From the IMG/VR virus record IMGVR_UViG_3300029585_000050: DNA of 64,000 bases, one strand, 5' to 3'. The first letter of the stretch is position 1; each line of letters opens with the position of its first letter. The DNA is from a virus. The notes beneath the pieces were generated by a model. That model was given only the letters and a program-made list of their open reading frames with translations. It had not been told where the DNA came from and ran no database searches. A program made the position numbers and the translations under genes. This document shows positions 1 to 9,886 of the stretch, one piece after another.

Positions 1-219
1 ATTTGTCGGATTAGTTGATAGTCGCACTGGCGCAATCATCATTACACAAGACTACACGACACCGTTTTTAAATCACATGAGTAACAATGAACCCAAGGGC
101 GTTCGTCTTCATGTACTATTAAATGAAGAAGATGTGAAAAAATATGCGTATGACCTATTGCGTTCCAATGATTAATAGTGTATGATTACATCATAGAATG
201 AAATCAGAGGAGAAAATGG

Positions 220-528
220 ATGTCTAACAAATTTGATAACTTAATTAACGCCTTAGAGGTTGCTTCGGAAAACATGAATACCGATGAGCGTGATATGGCC
301 TTGATTAAAGTGTTGTTAGTTTTATTGAAGAAGCATAAAGAGGAACTTGCTGACTCATTTGAAAATATCGACACTGTAGTTCGCTACATCATTCAATTCC
401 GTCAAACCGATATGACTGAATCTGGTGAAGATGATATGATGATGTGGCAACTAATGAATGGTTCGGGTGTAATTAGGTCTTATATCCGTGATGTTATCAA
501 TAACAATTGGACTGTTGCCGCATGGTAG
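220..528 (+). CDS. hypothetical protein
   Basis: ORF track; GAGGAG SD upstream. Confidence 0.7.
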   Translation: MSNKFDNLINALEVASENMNTDERDMALIKVLLVLLKKHKEELADSFENIDTVVRYIIQFRQTDMTESGEDDMMMWQLMNGSGVIRSYIRDVINNNWTVAAW

Positions 529-567
529 AAAAAGGGTACGAAATCCGAAAATTAGAGGGGGAATCGA

Positions 568-918
568 ATGCCGATTAGAGAAGAAATTAGTATCAGCTAC
601 CACTACTGTAAAAAATGTGGTGCCAAGGTTGAAACGGGTACGCAACACACCGACGCTGATTGTATCGCACATTTGAAGGTGGCGGCTGATAAGTGGAATG
701 CTTTGATGTCTATTGCTCGCTTTCGTCCACTTGGCTGCGCAGGTATCATCGAATCTCGCGATGATGGTTATGCACACCTTGGGCTTGAAATGTGGACTCA
801 GTTTGAGTATGATTCACCCAATGAAGAAACAAACATCAACGAAAAAGCTTCTCACGAAAGAGGTATCGAGTGGCTTGAGCGTTTTGTGAAAGTTGCAGGG
901 GAGAACTTAAAGAAATGA
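568..918 (+). CDS. hypothetical protein (N-terminal CxxC)
   Basis: ORF track; GAGGGG SD. Confidence 0.65.
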   Translation: MPIREEISISYHYCKKCGAKVETGTQHTDADCIAHLKVAADKWNALMSIARFRPLGCAGIIESRDDGYAHLGLEMWTQFEYDSPNEETNINEKASHERGIEWLERFVKVAGENLKK

Positions 919-1187
919 TTTCATGTACAGAAAATATACCATTGGTGAAATTTAACCAGTGGTATAAAATATTTTTGAATCACAACGGTCGCCTTAACGG
1001 AAACCCAAGTAAAAACTACAATGGTGAATCTGTATATGTCAATTATTCATTCGATGATATGGATGATTATTACGAATTCACGCAATCGTGGAAGCGTATG
1101 ACAACCACCATCGTTGAAGTAAACAACACGATGAATCGTTGGGTTCGTATCAAGCGTTTTTTCAAACGATGGTTGTTTTCGCTATGA
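915..1187 (+). CDS. hypothetical protein
   Basis: ORF track; ATGA overlap with previous gene. Confidence 0.65.
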   Translation: MISCTENIPLVKFNQWYKIFLNHNGRLNGNPSKNYNGESVYVNYSFDDMDDYYEFTQSWKRMTTTIVEVNNTMNRWVRIKRFFKRWLFSL

Positions 1188-1660
1188 TTATGTATTACCT
1201 ATTGTTAAACAATCATAAAAACCCTTATACACCGCCGCCTCGCAAAAAAGTGGCGGTGAAAAAGAAAAAGGTCTATACTTTCCGCAATACAAAAGTTGAT
1301 AAGCCAATGAACCCAGAATTGAAACGTATGGGGTTTGAATTTGTTAGCTCTTATGCTTATGGGTTAATCGGCGCGAGTAAATATAAGTTATTTTGGAAAA
1401 AGGTTTTACCTGAATTTTTATTCAACTTCTGGTTCCAACCCTACGCTGACTTGTATGTACAACGGCGTATGAATACACCAGAGATAATGATGTATGTCAC
1501 AAATTATCAAGGTCACATTGATACTCGATGCGCCGATGATATGAGATTTTTTCATAAACACGATGAGTACCAATCACCTATGTGGGTTCTTTATTCAACA
1601 GTTAATGGTGGTAAGTATGGTTTTCATGGTCGTAAGAAAAGAGGTATAAAAAATGTATAA
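1184..1660 (+). CDS. hypothetical protein
   Basis: ORF 1139..1660; start moved to ATG 1184 coupled to upstream stop. Confidence 0.6.
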   Translation: MIMYYLLLNNHKNPYTPPPRKKVAVKKKKVYTFRNTKVDKPMNPELKRMGFEFVSSYAYGLIGASKYKLFWKKVLPEFLFNFWFQPYADLYVQRRMNTPEIMMYVTNYQGHIDTRCADDMRFFHKHDEYQSPMWVLYSTVNGGKYGFHGRKKRGIKNV

Positions 1661-2069
1661 ATGTGTTATGCCTGCGGGTAAATATTTCGTTGGCGACCCG
1701 TCAATGGTTTTAAACAGCAATAGTTGGCAAGAAATTATCTTAGCCACCGACACATTCTGCGATGAAGATGCGGATTGGCGAAACCTTCCGATATGGGCGG
1801 CAGCTACGGCTCATGGCGACGGTGCCTATGACGGTAGTGATGGTTTTGAGTACCCTGTTTACCGTGGCCTTATTGGTGTTATGCCAGTTGAGGCAATGGA
1901 TGTTGAAGTTGATTTGGTTGAACATCATATGAACGGTCGTATTGTTGAATTCGATGAGGGGTTTATTTGTGAAGAGTTTCATGGTATCATCACCATCGGT
2001 GAAATCTCGATTGATACCGACCCTGAAAATGACGAAGAAGTTGAATTCCATTCAGGGTACGATTATTAA
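1653..2069 (+). CDS. hypothetical phage protein, acidic
   Basis: ORF track; GAGG SD; overlap-coupled. Confidence 0.7.
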   Translation: MYKCVMPAGKYFVGDPSMVLNSNSWQEIILATDTFCDEDADWRNLPIWAAATAHGDGAYDGSDGFEYPVYRGLIGVMPVEAMDVEVDLVEHHMNGRIVEFDEGFICEEFHGIITIGEISIDTDPENDEEVEFHSGYDY

Positions 2070-2078
2070 AGTTTAAAG

Positions 2079-2210
2079 GGGGCTTGCTAACAGGATAGCT
2101 AGGTAGAGGTTCGATTCCTCTTTAAAGTCTGGAATGACGCGGGTTCGATTCCCGATTACGTCCACTGGAATGCTGCGCAGCGTGGAGGGGTTCGATTCCC
2201 CATGGCTCCA
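2079..2210 (+). ncRNA. tRNA-like RNA with Ala-type acceptor and three T-arm hairpins
   Basis: GGGGCTT/TGGCTCC-A acceptor with G3.U70; three GGTTCGATTCC hairpins at about 2105-2121, 2140-2154 and 2187-2201. Confidence 0.5.
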
Positions 2211-2230
2211 TCAAATTATAAGGTAACATA

Positions 2231-2590
2231 ATGGCTAAATTGAAAATGATTGCGAATCTGGTTGATGTGGTTCGTAAACCATACGAAGAACTTAAACCGT
2301 ATGAAGTTTGGGTTTTCTATGTATCACACAATGCCTATAAATTCGGAAATGTGAATGGTTTCCTTTTTGGAATGTGTATGGATACGGCTTATGCTTTCTT
2401 GAGTATATACTATGGTAAAAACATAGACATGGATATAGACCAAATGAAAGAGCCTTACCGAAGTGACACGATTGAATACGTCAAGATGTGGGAAGAAGCT
2501 GAATTGAGTACCGAAATCTTTAACATGGATATGCCTGAACTTGTTGAGTTCGTAGGCTTACCACAACGACCATCCGACAACGAAGACTGA
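2231..2590 (+). CDS. hypothetical protein
   Basis: ORF track; AAGGT SD. Confidence 0.65.
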   Translation: MAKLKMIANLVDVVRKPYEELKPYEVWVFYVSHNAYKFGNVNGFLFGMCMDTAYAFLSIYYGKNIDMDIDQMKEPYRSDTIEYVKMWEEAELSTEIFNMDMPELVEFVGLPQRPSDNED

Positions 2591-2591
2591 T

Positions 2592-2816
2592 ATGAAATCT
2601 CAAGAAGAAATTGAAGCGTTGTCGGATGAACATTTAACTCGATTCGCCGCCAATATGGAAAATTCTATCAACCTACGCAAAAAACAGGTTGACGAAGCCG
2701 TCGCAGATGGTAGTATATGCGACAAATTTTATCTGGCTAATTATTTGTCGGACTCAGCGCGAGCCTTTGCTAATGCTTGTGCTGAAATCGGTATCCGCCG
2801 TCAGAATAAACAATAG
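2592..2816 (+). CDS. hypothetical protein
   Basis: ORF track; packed. Confidence 0.6.
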   Translation: MKSQEEIEALSDEHLTRFAANMENSINLRKKQVDEAVADGSICDKFYLANYLSDSARAFANACAEIGIRRQNKQ

Positions 2817-2824
2817 GTAATATT

Positions 2825-3322
2825 ATGAGTAACGAAAACATCATCGACGAAACATGGCCTGTTGGCCACCGCTTTGCTGTATCTTTAACTGTGAAAGAAA
2901 AAGGTGCCGCAGGGTATTTTATGAATCACATGAAGCCAAAGGGTGACAACGAAGAGTTGTACGGCTGCGATGTCGAAGCTATACACTTTAAAGATAGCGT
3001 TGGTAGCTATGAATCAGCTTATGAAATATTGGCTGATAGACAACATGAGCTAGGTAATCTAATAACCCAATTGGGTATGCGTGGTTCGGCGGCGGTTGAT
3101 AAGTTGATTCTATCGGAACGTATTCGATTTATAATGAACAATTGGAATCTTAGCTATGAAGATATTGCCGATAGATTAGCTATTCGAAATTCAGAAATCG
3201 GCACAATTGATTATAAATCATACAGCCAAAACTACGAAAATGTAGTACAATATGACCTTGGTCAATACCTAGTAGAAGTGGGTAATGCACTTATTGCAGC
3301 AAACCCAGTTGAAACTTTATAA
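2825..3322 (+). CDS. hypothetical protein
   Basis: ORF track; AGGT SD. Confidence 0.65.
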   Translation: MSNENIIDETWPVGHRFAVSLTVKEKGAAGYFMNHMKPKGDNEELYGCDVEAIHFKDSVGSYESAYEILADRQHELGNLITQLGMRGSAAVDKLILSERIRFIMNNWNLSYEDIADRLAIRNSEIGTIDYKSYSQNYENVVQYDLGQYLVEVGNALIAANPVETL

Positions 3323-3343
3323 CGAAAGTGAGGTGTAAAGAAT

Positions 3344-4384
3344 ATGAAAAAATATGGTAAAACTGGTCAATTTAACCAGATGGTAAAAGCAATGGTGATG
3401 GAAGAGCAATTCATTGGGTTAAACGATGAAGGCCAAGCCATGTACGACAAAAACAAAGTGCTTCCGTCCAAAGAAGTAACCGCCACTGTAAAACTTCATG
3501 GCACCAATGCGGGTGTTCGTGATAACTTCATCACAGACGGTGTACTCTCTTTCCAAAGTAAAGAGAATGTACTTTCCATTGAGAAAGATAACGCGGGTTT
3601 CACTTTCACTATGTCTACCAAGATTGATGCGTTGAAAGGTCTTATGGCTAAAGTGCGTGAACGTGCAGGCGATGCCGCCGAAAACCGTGATGTTATTTTA
3701 TTCGGTGAATTCGCGGGTGGTTCTATTCAGAAGAAAGTTGCCCTTAATGAATTACCTAAGCGTTTCTACATCTTCTCTATTGTTTTAGTCGGCAGTGACA
3801 ACAGTGACGAACAAAAGCTCAATATGCTTGATTATGCAGACATTTACGACGTTGACGCTGACATCTATAACTTATGGGATGAAACACGTTTCCCTGTTTA
3901 CCGTTGGACTATGGACTTAAACAACCCTAAGTACATTCAGAATGACATCATTGCAGTTGTTGAAGCTATTGAAGAAGAATGCCCAGTGGGTAAATACTTC
4001 GGTGTTTCTGGCATCGGCGAAGGCGTTGTATTACATTCAGGTAATCACAAGTCTAAAGTCAAAGGCGACAAACACGCGGGTAAGTCAAAGGTGAAGAAAA
4101 CCAACATCGTTGACATCGAGCGTATGAAGTCTATTCAGGATTTCGTTGAGAAGAAATGCGACATCGAGCGCCTTGACCAAGGGTATCAGGAAATGATTGA
4201 CCAAGGTAAACCGATGGAACGTAAAACCACTGGCGATTTCGTTCGTTGGGTTCTTTCCGATATTGTGACTGAAGAAAAACACACAATGGAAGAAAATGGC
4301 TTCGAGCCTCGTGACCTTGGTAGCCCAGTGGGTAAAATTTGCTCACGTTACTTCATCGACCGCTGTGAGTCATTAGATGACTGA
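3344..4384 (+). CDS. RNA ligase, Rnl2-like nucleotidyltransferase
   Basis: Motif I TVKLHGTNAG, III ILFGEFAG, IV GEGVVL, V KSKVK, followed by a C-terminal helical domain. Confidence 0.85.
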   Translation: MKKYGKTGQFNQMVKAMVMEEQFIGLNDEGQAMYDKNKVLPSKEVTATVKLHGTNAGVRDNFITDGVLSFQSKENVLSIEKDNAGFTFTMSTKIDALKGLMAKVRERAGDAAENRDVILFGEFAGGSIQKKVALNELPKRFYIFSIVLVGSDNSDEQKLNMLDYADIYDVDADIYNLWDETRFPVYRWTMDLNNPKYIQNDIIAVVEAIEEECPVGKYFGVSGIGEGVVLHSGNHKSKVKGDKHAGKSKVKKTNIVDIERMKSIQDFVEKKCDIERLDQGYQEMIDQGKPMERKTTGDFVRWVLSDIVTEEKHTMEENGFEPRDLGSPVGKICSRYFIDRCESLDD

Positions 4385-4658
4385 GTGGATTTTATCTAAA
4401 ATCGAATACGCATTGTATTGGTCAATGCGTATTCCACATTTACCTCGTCAATGGTGGTACAATCTTTATGTTCGTAAAGATAAATTTCATCATTCCTTAG
4501 ACCTTGATGTTCTATACATGATGGCCTTGAACGAAGATGATAGGAAAAAATACCTTGATAGGGTGACTATGCGCCGTAATTACGTTTATTCTGGCGACCT
4601 TTCTAAAATTAAGACCACCTTTGTAGGAAAAATCGTACAAAAAATCAGAGGCGATTAG
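4377..4658 (+). CDS. hypothetical protein
   Basis: ORF track; overlap-coupled. Confidence 0.6.
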   Translation: MTEWILSKIEYALYWSMRIPHLPRQWWYNLYVRKDKFHHSLDLDVLYMMALNEDDRKKYLDRVTMRRNYVYSGDLSKIKTTFVGKIVQKIRGD

Positions 4659-4710
4659 TGAATTCCCCTTCCATAAATAAGATTACACTTCAATCAATCA
4701 GGCAAATTAA

Positions 4711-5097
4711 ATGGACATAGTAACGTACACAGTATCGTTGGATGACCCTAAAGCAACCCTTGTTTATCAAATTGATTATGACGAAGTTCCGAGGGAACGC
4801 TTTTTCATCTTAAATGGTTTATGGAAAGGCGCAACCGCTAGACTAGCACACTTCGACGGCGACCCAGTAGCCGCCACTTTGAGTATCACCAGTAATGCAG
4901 CAATCGCCGCTGCAAGAAAAACAGGATGTAGTGACCGAGAAGGCATCATTGATGAGATGCGTAAGCAAATCGGTTATTCGAGACTAGACGGCTTGAGTGG
5001 AATAGAACTTATTGAATTTTCCATGGAACACCCAGAACACTGTCATTTTGAGGTTGAAGAGTTACAAAAAAGTACAGACCGTTGGTGGGAAGATTAA
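4711..5097 (+). CDS. hypothetical protein, DUF2528-like
   Basis: Pattern resembles DUF2528 phage proteins (recalled, not searched). Confidence 0.45.
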   Translation: MDIVTYTVSLDDPKATLVYQIDYDEVPRERFFILNGLWKGATARLAHFDGDPVAATLSITSNAAIAAARKTGCSDREGIIDEMRKQIGYSRLDGLSGIELIEFSMEHPEHCHFEVEELQKSTDRWWED

Positions 5098-5168
5098 AAT
5101 TATTTGAATTCTTATCCATAATCGGTTATAATCCGAGAAATTTTATTTAACATTATGTAGGTAATATT

Positions 5169-5429
5169 ATGAAATCATTTGAAGAAAGTACGATAGTCGT
5201 TGAAGGCCAAGATGCCTATGCGATGTACGGCTCCGAATATACAAACAAAATCGTCATCGTCGATTCAGAAAAAAACGACATCGTTTTAGTATTGAATGGC
5301 GACACCACCTATAGCCAAGTTCAGGCCATTATCCAACGCATCAATTCAATTCAAGAAGAAGCATTCACTGAAGGTCGTAAACACCAAGCTAATTTGATTA
5401 ATGAGTCGTTGAACTATGGAAAATCTTAA
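5169..5429 (+). CDS. hypothetical protein
   Basis: ORF track; AGGT SD. Confidence 0.65.
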   Translation: MKSFEESTIVVEGQDAYAMYGSEYTNKIVIVDSEKNDIVLVLNGDTTYSQVQAIIQRINSIQEEAFTEGRKHQANLINESLNYGKS

Positions 5430-5604
5430 AAAGCTCAACAAAGGCTTATTCTTTGAAGGTGTTAGCATTGGCTTTTTAATACAATGTGTGATTGACAGAT
5501 TAACAGGTGTTAAATCAGACCACGACATCATTTTTCCCATTTTTATACTCATTATCATGTGTATTCAAACTGGTGTGAAGTTAGCTGCTAGTGATGAACA
5601 GTAA
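5416..5604 (+). CDS. small membrane protein
   Basis: Two hydrophobic segments. Confidence 0.55.
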   Translation: MENLKKLNKGLFFEGVSIGFLIQCVIDRLTGVKSDHDIIFPIFILIIMCIQTGVKLAASDEQ

Positions 5605-5773
5605 CCACCAACCAGTGTTATTTGTTGAAGGCTTTCTGTTGGGTATTCTGGTACTAACATTAAATGACATGGAAAATGGTATAAAGCCGACGGATAATAT
5701 ACTTTTTGTGGTGGGTTTTCTCGTGTTTATCGTGTTACTCACCGTCATAAGAATTAAAAAATCAAGGTAAAAT

Positions 5774-6079
5774 ATGTCAATAATAAAAGTTGATTGGTGC
5801 TTAACCTGCAAAGTTAAGTCGAAGTCTGTCATGTGTAACAAATGCAATAGTGCGTATAGGTTGGATTTATTAAGGCGTGGTAAAGCTTCCAAGCATTACA
5901 CTCGCTTTAAATCAAAGGCTAAACATAAGCGACGAGATTATTCAAACATAGCATCATTGAAGAACCATAATTTCGACACCGTTTGGATACCAGAACCCCG
6001 TAAAGGCTCATTGGCAAATGAAAGAACCTATCACAATTATGTAAGTGCGAAAGTTTTTCTTAAAGAGGTAATGTTATGA
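5774..6079 (+). CDS. hypothetical protein (two CxxC, basic)
   Basis: ORF track; AAGGT SD. Confidence 0.6.
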   Translation: MSIIKVDWCLTCKVKSKSVMCNKCNSAYRLDLLRRGKASKHYTRFKSKAKHKRRDYSNIASLKNHNFDTVWIPEPRKGSLANERTYHNYVSAKVFLKEVML

Positions 6080-6342
6080 TGAAATGGTTTAAGAAACTTT
6101 TCCCAGACCTATTCTTGGCAGAAGAACCAAAAACACCAGAAAAACCAATAAAGATACCAGTGAGGGGTGAAGTTTGGTATAATAAGGGTGATGACTCACC
6201 ATGGCCTAAAAAGGATTCAACTGGTGTTACAATTGTTGATGTTAAAGATGGTTGGGTTAGATATGATTTCAATTTCAATATCTTCAAAGACCAACGCCTA
6301 AGCCTCAAGGATTTTTTGTACTGTTACAGATATTATGAATAA
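6076..6342 (+). CDS. hypothetical protein
   Basis: ORF track; GAGGT SD. Confidence 0.65.
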   Translation: MMKWFKKLFPDLFLAEEPKTPEKPIKIPVRGEVWYNKGDDSPWPKKDSTGVTIVDVKDGWVRYDFNFNIFKDQRLSLKDFLYCYRYYE

Positions 6343-6901
6343 AGGTCTTACCGTAAGACAGATAAACGACCGATATAAAGAGCTTCTAAGCCACGTTATG
6401 GGGCTAAACCCGCCTGTGAGGTGGAAGACTACCCCTAAACCCAATATCGTCGTCAACGCTCGTTTAACGCTCTCCCTTGGCCGTGCCCATAGTGCTGATG
6501 GTAAAGTTGAGGTCGGTGGTGCTTACATTGGGTGTATTTCACAAGAAGCATTCCACCAATTAGACCAAACCATCTTACATGAGTTGGCGCATTTAGCCGT
6601 GGGTGTTCACCATGGCCATAATTCCGTATGGAAAAGGGCGGCTAAGCGATTTGGTGTCATCAACCCCGCATCAACTACGCCTATCTGTGATGAATTGACC
6701 TTGAAGCTGTATAAATGGTCGGTGTATTGTATTACCGAGAGTGGTAAAGAATACTTCTACAACCGTTACAAGTCTTCACCGCCTCTTGACCTTTTACAGT
6801 ATGATGGCAATGACCCCGACCGTTTACGGGAATACACCGTCTATGACGAAAAAATAATAAAATTCGAAAAAAGACGTTTTACCCTTGACAACCAGAAATG
6901 A
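6335..6901 (+). CDS. SprT-like zinc metalloprotease
   Basis: RLTLSLGRA, TILHELAH (HExxH) and HHGHNSVWK motifs typical of the SprT family. Confidence 0.85.
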   Translation: MNKGLTVRQINDRYKELLSHVMGLNPPVRWKTTPKPNIVVNARLTLSLGRAHSADGKVEVGGAYIGCISQEAFHQLDQTILHELAHLAVGVHHGHNSVWKRAAKRFGVINPASTTPICDELTLKLYKWSVYCITESGKEYFYNRYKSSPPLDLLQYDGNDPDRLREYTVYDEKIIKFEKRRFTLDNQK

Positions 6902-6912
6902 GCATGTATTAT
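6885..6912 (+). promoter_or_regulatory. sigma70-type promoter
   Basis: TTGACA-16nt-TATTAT. Confidence 0.6.
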
Positions 6913-6946
6913 CACTTCAAATAAATTAATTTGAGGATGAACACAC

Positions 6947-7153
6947 ATGGTTGATTATAAAGAAGCAATCAATATGATGGCCGCTGAAATCGTTGTTTCA
7001 GAATGTGAAATTGAAGAGGCTCGTGAAAATATTGATAGTATTCGTCGTGGTGGTTTAGAAGTGCATAACCGTGAACATTACGAATCTGTAATTAGAATCA
7101 ATCGCGAACGTGTGTTAATGTTCAAGTCGGCCATTAATAAGTTGAGGAGCTAA
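6947..7153 (+). CDS. hypothetical protein
   Basis: ORF track; TGAGGA SD. Confidence 0.65.
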   Translation: MVDYKEAINMMAAEIVVSECEIEEARENIDSIRRGGLEVHNREHYESVIRINRERVLMFKSAINKLRS

Positions 7154-7157
7154 TATT

Positions 7158-7523
7158 ATGTCAGAAGAAAATCGTGTAGACCCTTATATTGAATTTCGTT
7201 TAAGCCGTGATGAAATCGGCAACTGTCGTTCGTGCGGTGAATCGTCGGAAGGTGTAGCTTTCCGTGGCCATTACACCGATGTTGACAATGACTATTCATC
7301 ACCCGTATCTCATTTCTATAGCCACTTAGATGAAAATGGCGAACCTACTGATGAAAGTTGGTGGCTTCGTATTCAACATGGTGTTGATTTCTTTTCGGGT
7401 GAAATCGGTGAAGAACCACCGAAGGTGAAAGATAAGGTATCTGAAATCCTTTGCCCTGTGTGCCGTGAGAAGCATAGTAAGGCTGTTTCAGAATTAATCG
7501 GTGGCATCTTTGAGCAAGAATAA
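7158..7523 (+). CDS. hypothetical protein (two CxxC)
   Basis: ORF track; GAGGAG SD. Confidence 0.65.
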   Translation: MSEENRVDPYIEFRLSRDEIGNCRSCGESSEGVAFRGHYTDVDNDYSSPVSHFYSHLDENGEPTDESWWLRIQHGVDFFSGEIGEEPPKVKDKVSEILCPVCREKHSKAVSELIGGIFEQE

Positions 7524-7779
7524 ATTGACAGAACTCGAAAGGGTTCAGCTAAAATTACGCGAAGCCGAGCAAGTAATCTCTGATATTAAGTTTGAGTTAA
7601 GTTTCTCGAATACACCAAAGGTTAGGAAACTAGCGAATGCATACGTTTCCCACGACGACGATAAAAATGTTGATAGTGATACATGGCCAGTGGTGAACAA
7701 GATTAAAGAATTAGGTGTCGAAGAATTCCTATGGGAATATCAAATTGACGACCCACGACCGAAGAGGACTACCCATTGA
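7501..7779 (+). CDS. hypothetical protein
   Basis: ORF track; start uncertain. Confidence 0.55.
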   Translation: MASLSKNKLTELERVQLKLREAEQVISDIKFELSFSNTPKVRKLANAYVSHDDDKNVDSDTWPVVNKIKELGVEEFLWEYQIDDPRPKRTTH

Positions 7780-8213
7780 AAATTGTAAATTCAATTCATC
7801 TTTATACAATTCACGCTGAATCCGATTTCGGTGAAAGTAAAACCATGACATTATCGCGTGGTTTAAATTCATGTGTGACGTTCCAGTTGTACACTGATTA
7901 TGCAAATACGACCATCATCTTAACTAACGATGAGTTATCGGCCTTGTATGGAACCGTTTGCGCCTTGCTTGATAGTGAATCACGAAAAATGAATTCCATG
8001 GTGCCAGACCAAGTTTTTGAGAACAATACTGGGGATAAGCTGACGTTTGGTTACACCAATATGGGCGAACCGTTTCGTGAAGGTATGGATGTCACCTTGG
8101 ACTTAAAAGACCAATATTCACACATCTATATGTTCTTTGAGAAGTATGAAGTTCGCAAGATTAAAGAAGTAATTGAAAAACTTCTTGATTTTAAACAAGA
8201 GGCGGTGGTATAA
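7776..8213 (+). CDS. hypothetical protein
   Basis: ORF track; GAGG SD, TTG start. Confidence 0.6.
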   Translation: MKIVNSIHLYTIHAESDFGESKTMTLSRGLNSCVTFQLYTDYANTTIILTNDELSALYGTVCALLDSESRKMNSMVPDQVFENNTGDKLTFGYTNMGEPFREGMDVTLDLKDQYSHIYMFFEKYEVRKIKEVIEKLLDFKQEAVV

Positions 8214-8445
8214 TCCGCCGTCTACAATATGCATTAAACTTTTGGAGCAATTAATAATGCCATTTGAAATTATGAAAGAGAAATCAACCAAAGCACGTTT
8301 ACTAAAATGGGCTTTACCGTATGCCAAGATGACGGACAGTTTCTTTGAAATCGTCACCATCGGTCAATACAACCCTAAACTCGAAGATGACGCTCAGTTT
8401 TTCTTAGATGACGAGCGTAAAATCAACGGGTCGGATGAAGGCTAA
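8173..8445 (+). CDS. hypothetical protein
   Basis: ORF track; true start probably internal. Confidence 0.45.
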   Translation: MKNFLILNKRRWYNPPSTICIKLLEQLIMPFEIMKEKSTKARLLKWALPYAKMTDSFFEIVTIGQYNPKLEDDAQFFLDDERKINGSDEG

Positions 8446-8447
8446 TT

Positions 8448-8777
8448 ATGGAATTGTTGAAACTCACACTTTTTGCGATTACTGTTATTGTAGCCAGATT
8501 GCTTGAGTTTTTTACATTACTATTACTTACATTTACCATGGTGAATATTATGCAACCAATATTTGGTTCACTTTTCACCATTGTGGCAACATTTGTTATG
8601 GTTTATGTTTTCATTGGTATTGGTGAGTATTGGTTTAGAAATTTTATGAAGCATTTCTATAACCTGATGATTCGCATTAATTTCATCCCTAATTTATCAA
8701 GCGTTGATGGCATGGAAGACCGCATTGAAGGTGGTATGACATTAAACGGTTTGTTAAAATGGATGAAACTGAAATAA
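8448..8777 (+). CDS. membrane protein
   Basis: Two long hydrophobic helices. Confidence 0.6.
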   Translation: MELLKLTLFAITVIVARLLEFFTLLLLTFTMVNIMQPIFGSLFTIVATFVMVYVFIGIGEYWFRNFMKHFYNLMIRINFIPNLSSVDGMEDRIEGGMTLNGLLKWMKLK

Positions 8778-8851
8778 ATTCAAACGTCATGTGTGATTAA
8801 ACAGCGGTCACATGTGATAATTTTTTAGCTGTATTAAAGAGGAATATTATT

Positions 8852-9115
8852 ATGCCAAAACAACGTGCCGCAGCCGCTAAAGGTCAAAAAGCAGTACCAG
8901 TAACAACTAAGTTCAAGCTTGGTGGTCGTAAGTCAACTACTTCGGCGCTTAGCCTTACCGATGATGAGCTTATCGCTCGCCTTGAAAAAGGTGGTAAAGA
9001 TGTGACTAAAATCATCGCCGTCCTTGATAGCCGTGGTGTTCAGTGGGCAACTAAAGCTCAACGTGCCGCAGCCGAAGCTGCTTCATCTGCTTCAGACGAA
9101 GCAGAGGCGGCGTAA
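8852..9115 (+). CDS. small Ala/Lys-rich protein
   Basis: AGAGGA SD; strongly biased codon usage. Confidence 0.7.
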   Translation: MPKQRAAAAKGQKAVPVTTKFKLGGRKSTTSALSLTDDELIARLEKGGKDVTKIIAVLDSRGVQWATKAQRAAAEAASSASDEAEAA

Positions 9116-9117
9116 TC

Positions 9118-9363
9118 ATGGGCGCGGCGAATTACCCTCGCGCCAAAGCAGTCGAATTGTTTCATAAGAAGCAGTTCGGCTTATTGCGTGAAGATGATTT
9201 GATGAACTTTCTACCAGATGGTATTTTTGTGGCCAGACTTAGTAATGCGCCACAATGTAGTCGATGGCGTTTGTATAGTGATATGGCAAAAACCTATATA
9301 CCTAATGCCGAAGCACCCACGGTTAGAACTTTGCTCATTGAGTATTACAGACGAGAGAGTTAA
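9118..9363 (+). CDS. hypothetical protein
   Basis: ORF track; packed. Confidence 0.55.
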   Translation: MGAANYPRAKAVELFHKKQFGLLREDDLMNFLPDGIFVARLSNAPQCSRWRLYSDMAKTYIPNAEAPTVRTLLIEYYRRES

Positions 9364-9371
9364 TCTTAATT

Positions 9372-9590
9372 TTGAAGAGTCAGCGAATATTGGCAATGGT
9401 TTGTACCATGTTGGAAATACCAAAGGACTCACCATTGCCATTAATAGAAAAAACCTACCAAGACGTATACAACACACCATTATCTGAAGGTTTAGATGTC
9501 TTCGATGATTATTATGATGATATGATAGACATGGAAGATTCCAGTGATGTATTACGATTTACCCACGACGTTATCAGGCAAGTACAATGA
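9372..9590 (+). CDS. hypothetical protein
   Basis: ORF track; start uncertain. Confidence 0.5.
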   Translation: MKSQRILAMVCTMLEIPKDSPLPLIEKTYQDVYNTPLSEGLDVFDDYYDDMIDMEDSSDVLRFTHDVIRQVQ

Positions 9591-9886
9591 ACTCAGCTTT
9601 AAAGCGTAACCTATCTATATTAGAGAAGTTCGACCATGGCGTTGAATTATCTGATGAAGAAAAGCTATACATACTCGAATCAATACAGATTGCACACTAC
9701 TTAGCCATAGACACTAAGCGTGATTCATTACATGGTGTAAAGGACTTCATTGAATGCCATCGCAATTTAGAAGATGAATTTGAACACTTTCGCGACACGT
9801 TTAATAGAGCGTGGTCGAATTACACCGAAACTGGCAACACCGAAAAAGTTGTCAATGCTGTGAAGGAATTTGTTCGTGAATATTAA
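9587..9886 (+). CDS. hypothetical protein
   Basis: ORF track; ATGA overlap. Confidence 0.6.
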   Translation: MNSALKRNLSILEKFDHGVELSDEEKLYILESIQIAHYLAIDTKRDSLHGVKDFIECHRNLEDEFEHFRDTFNRAWSNYTETGNTEKVVNAVKEFVREY

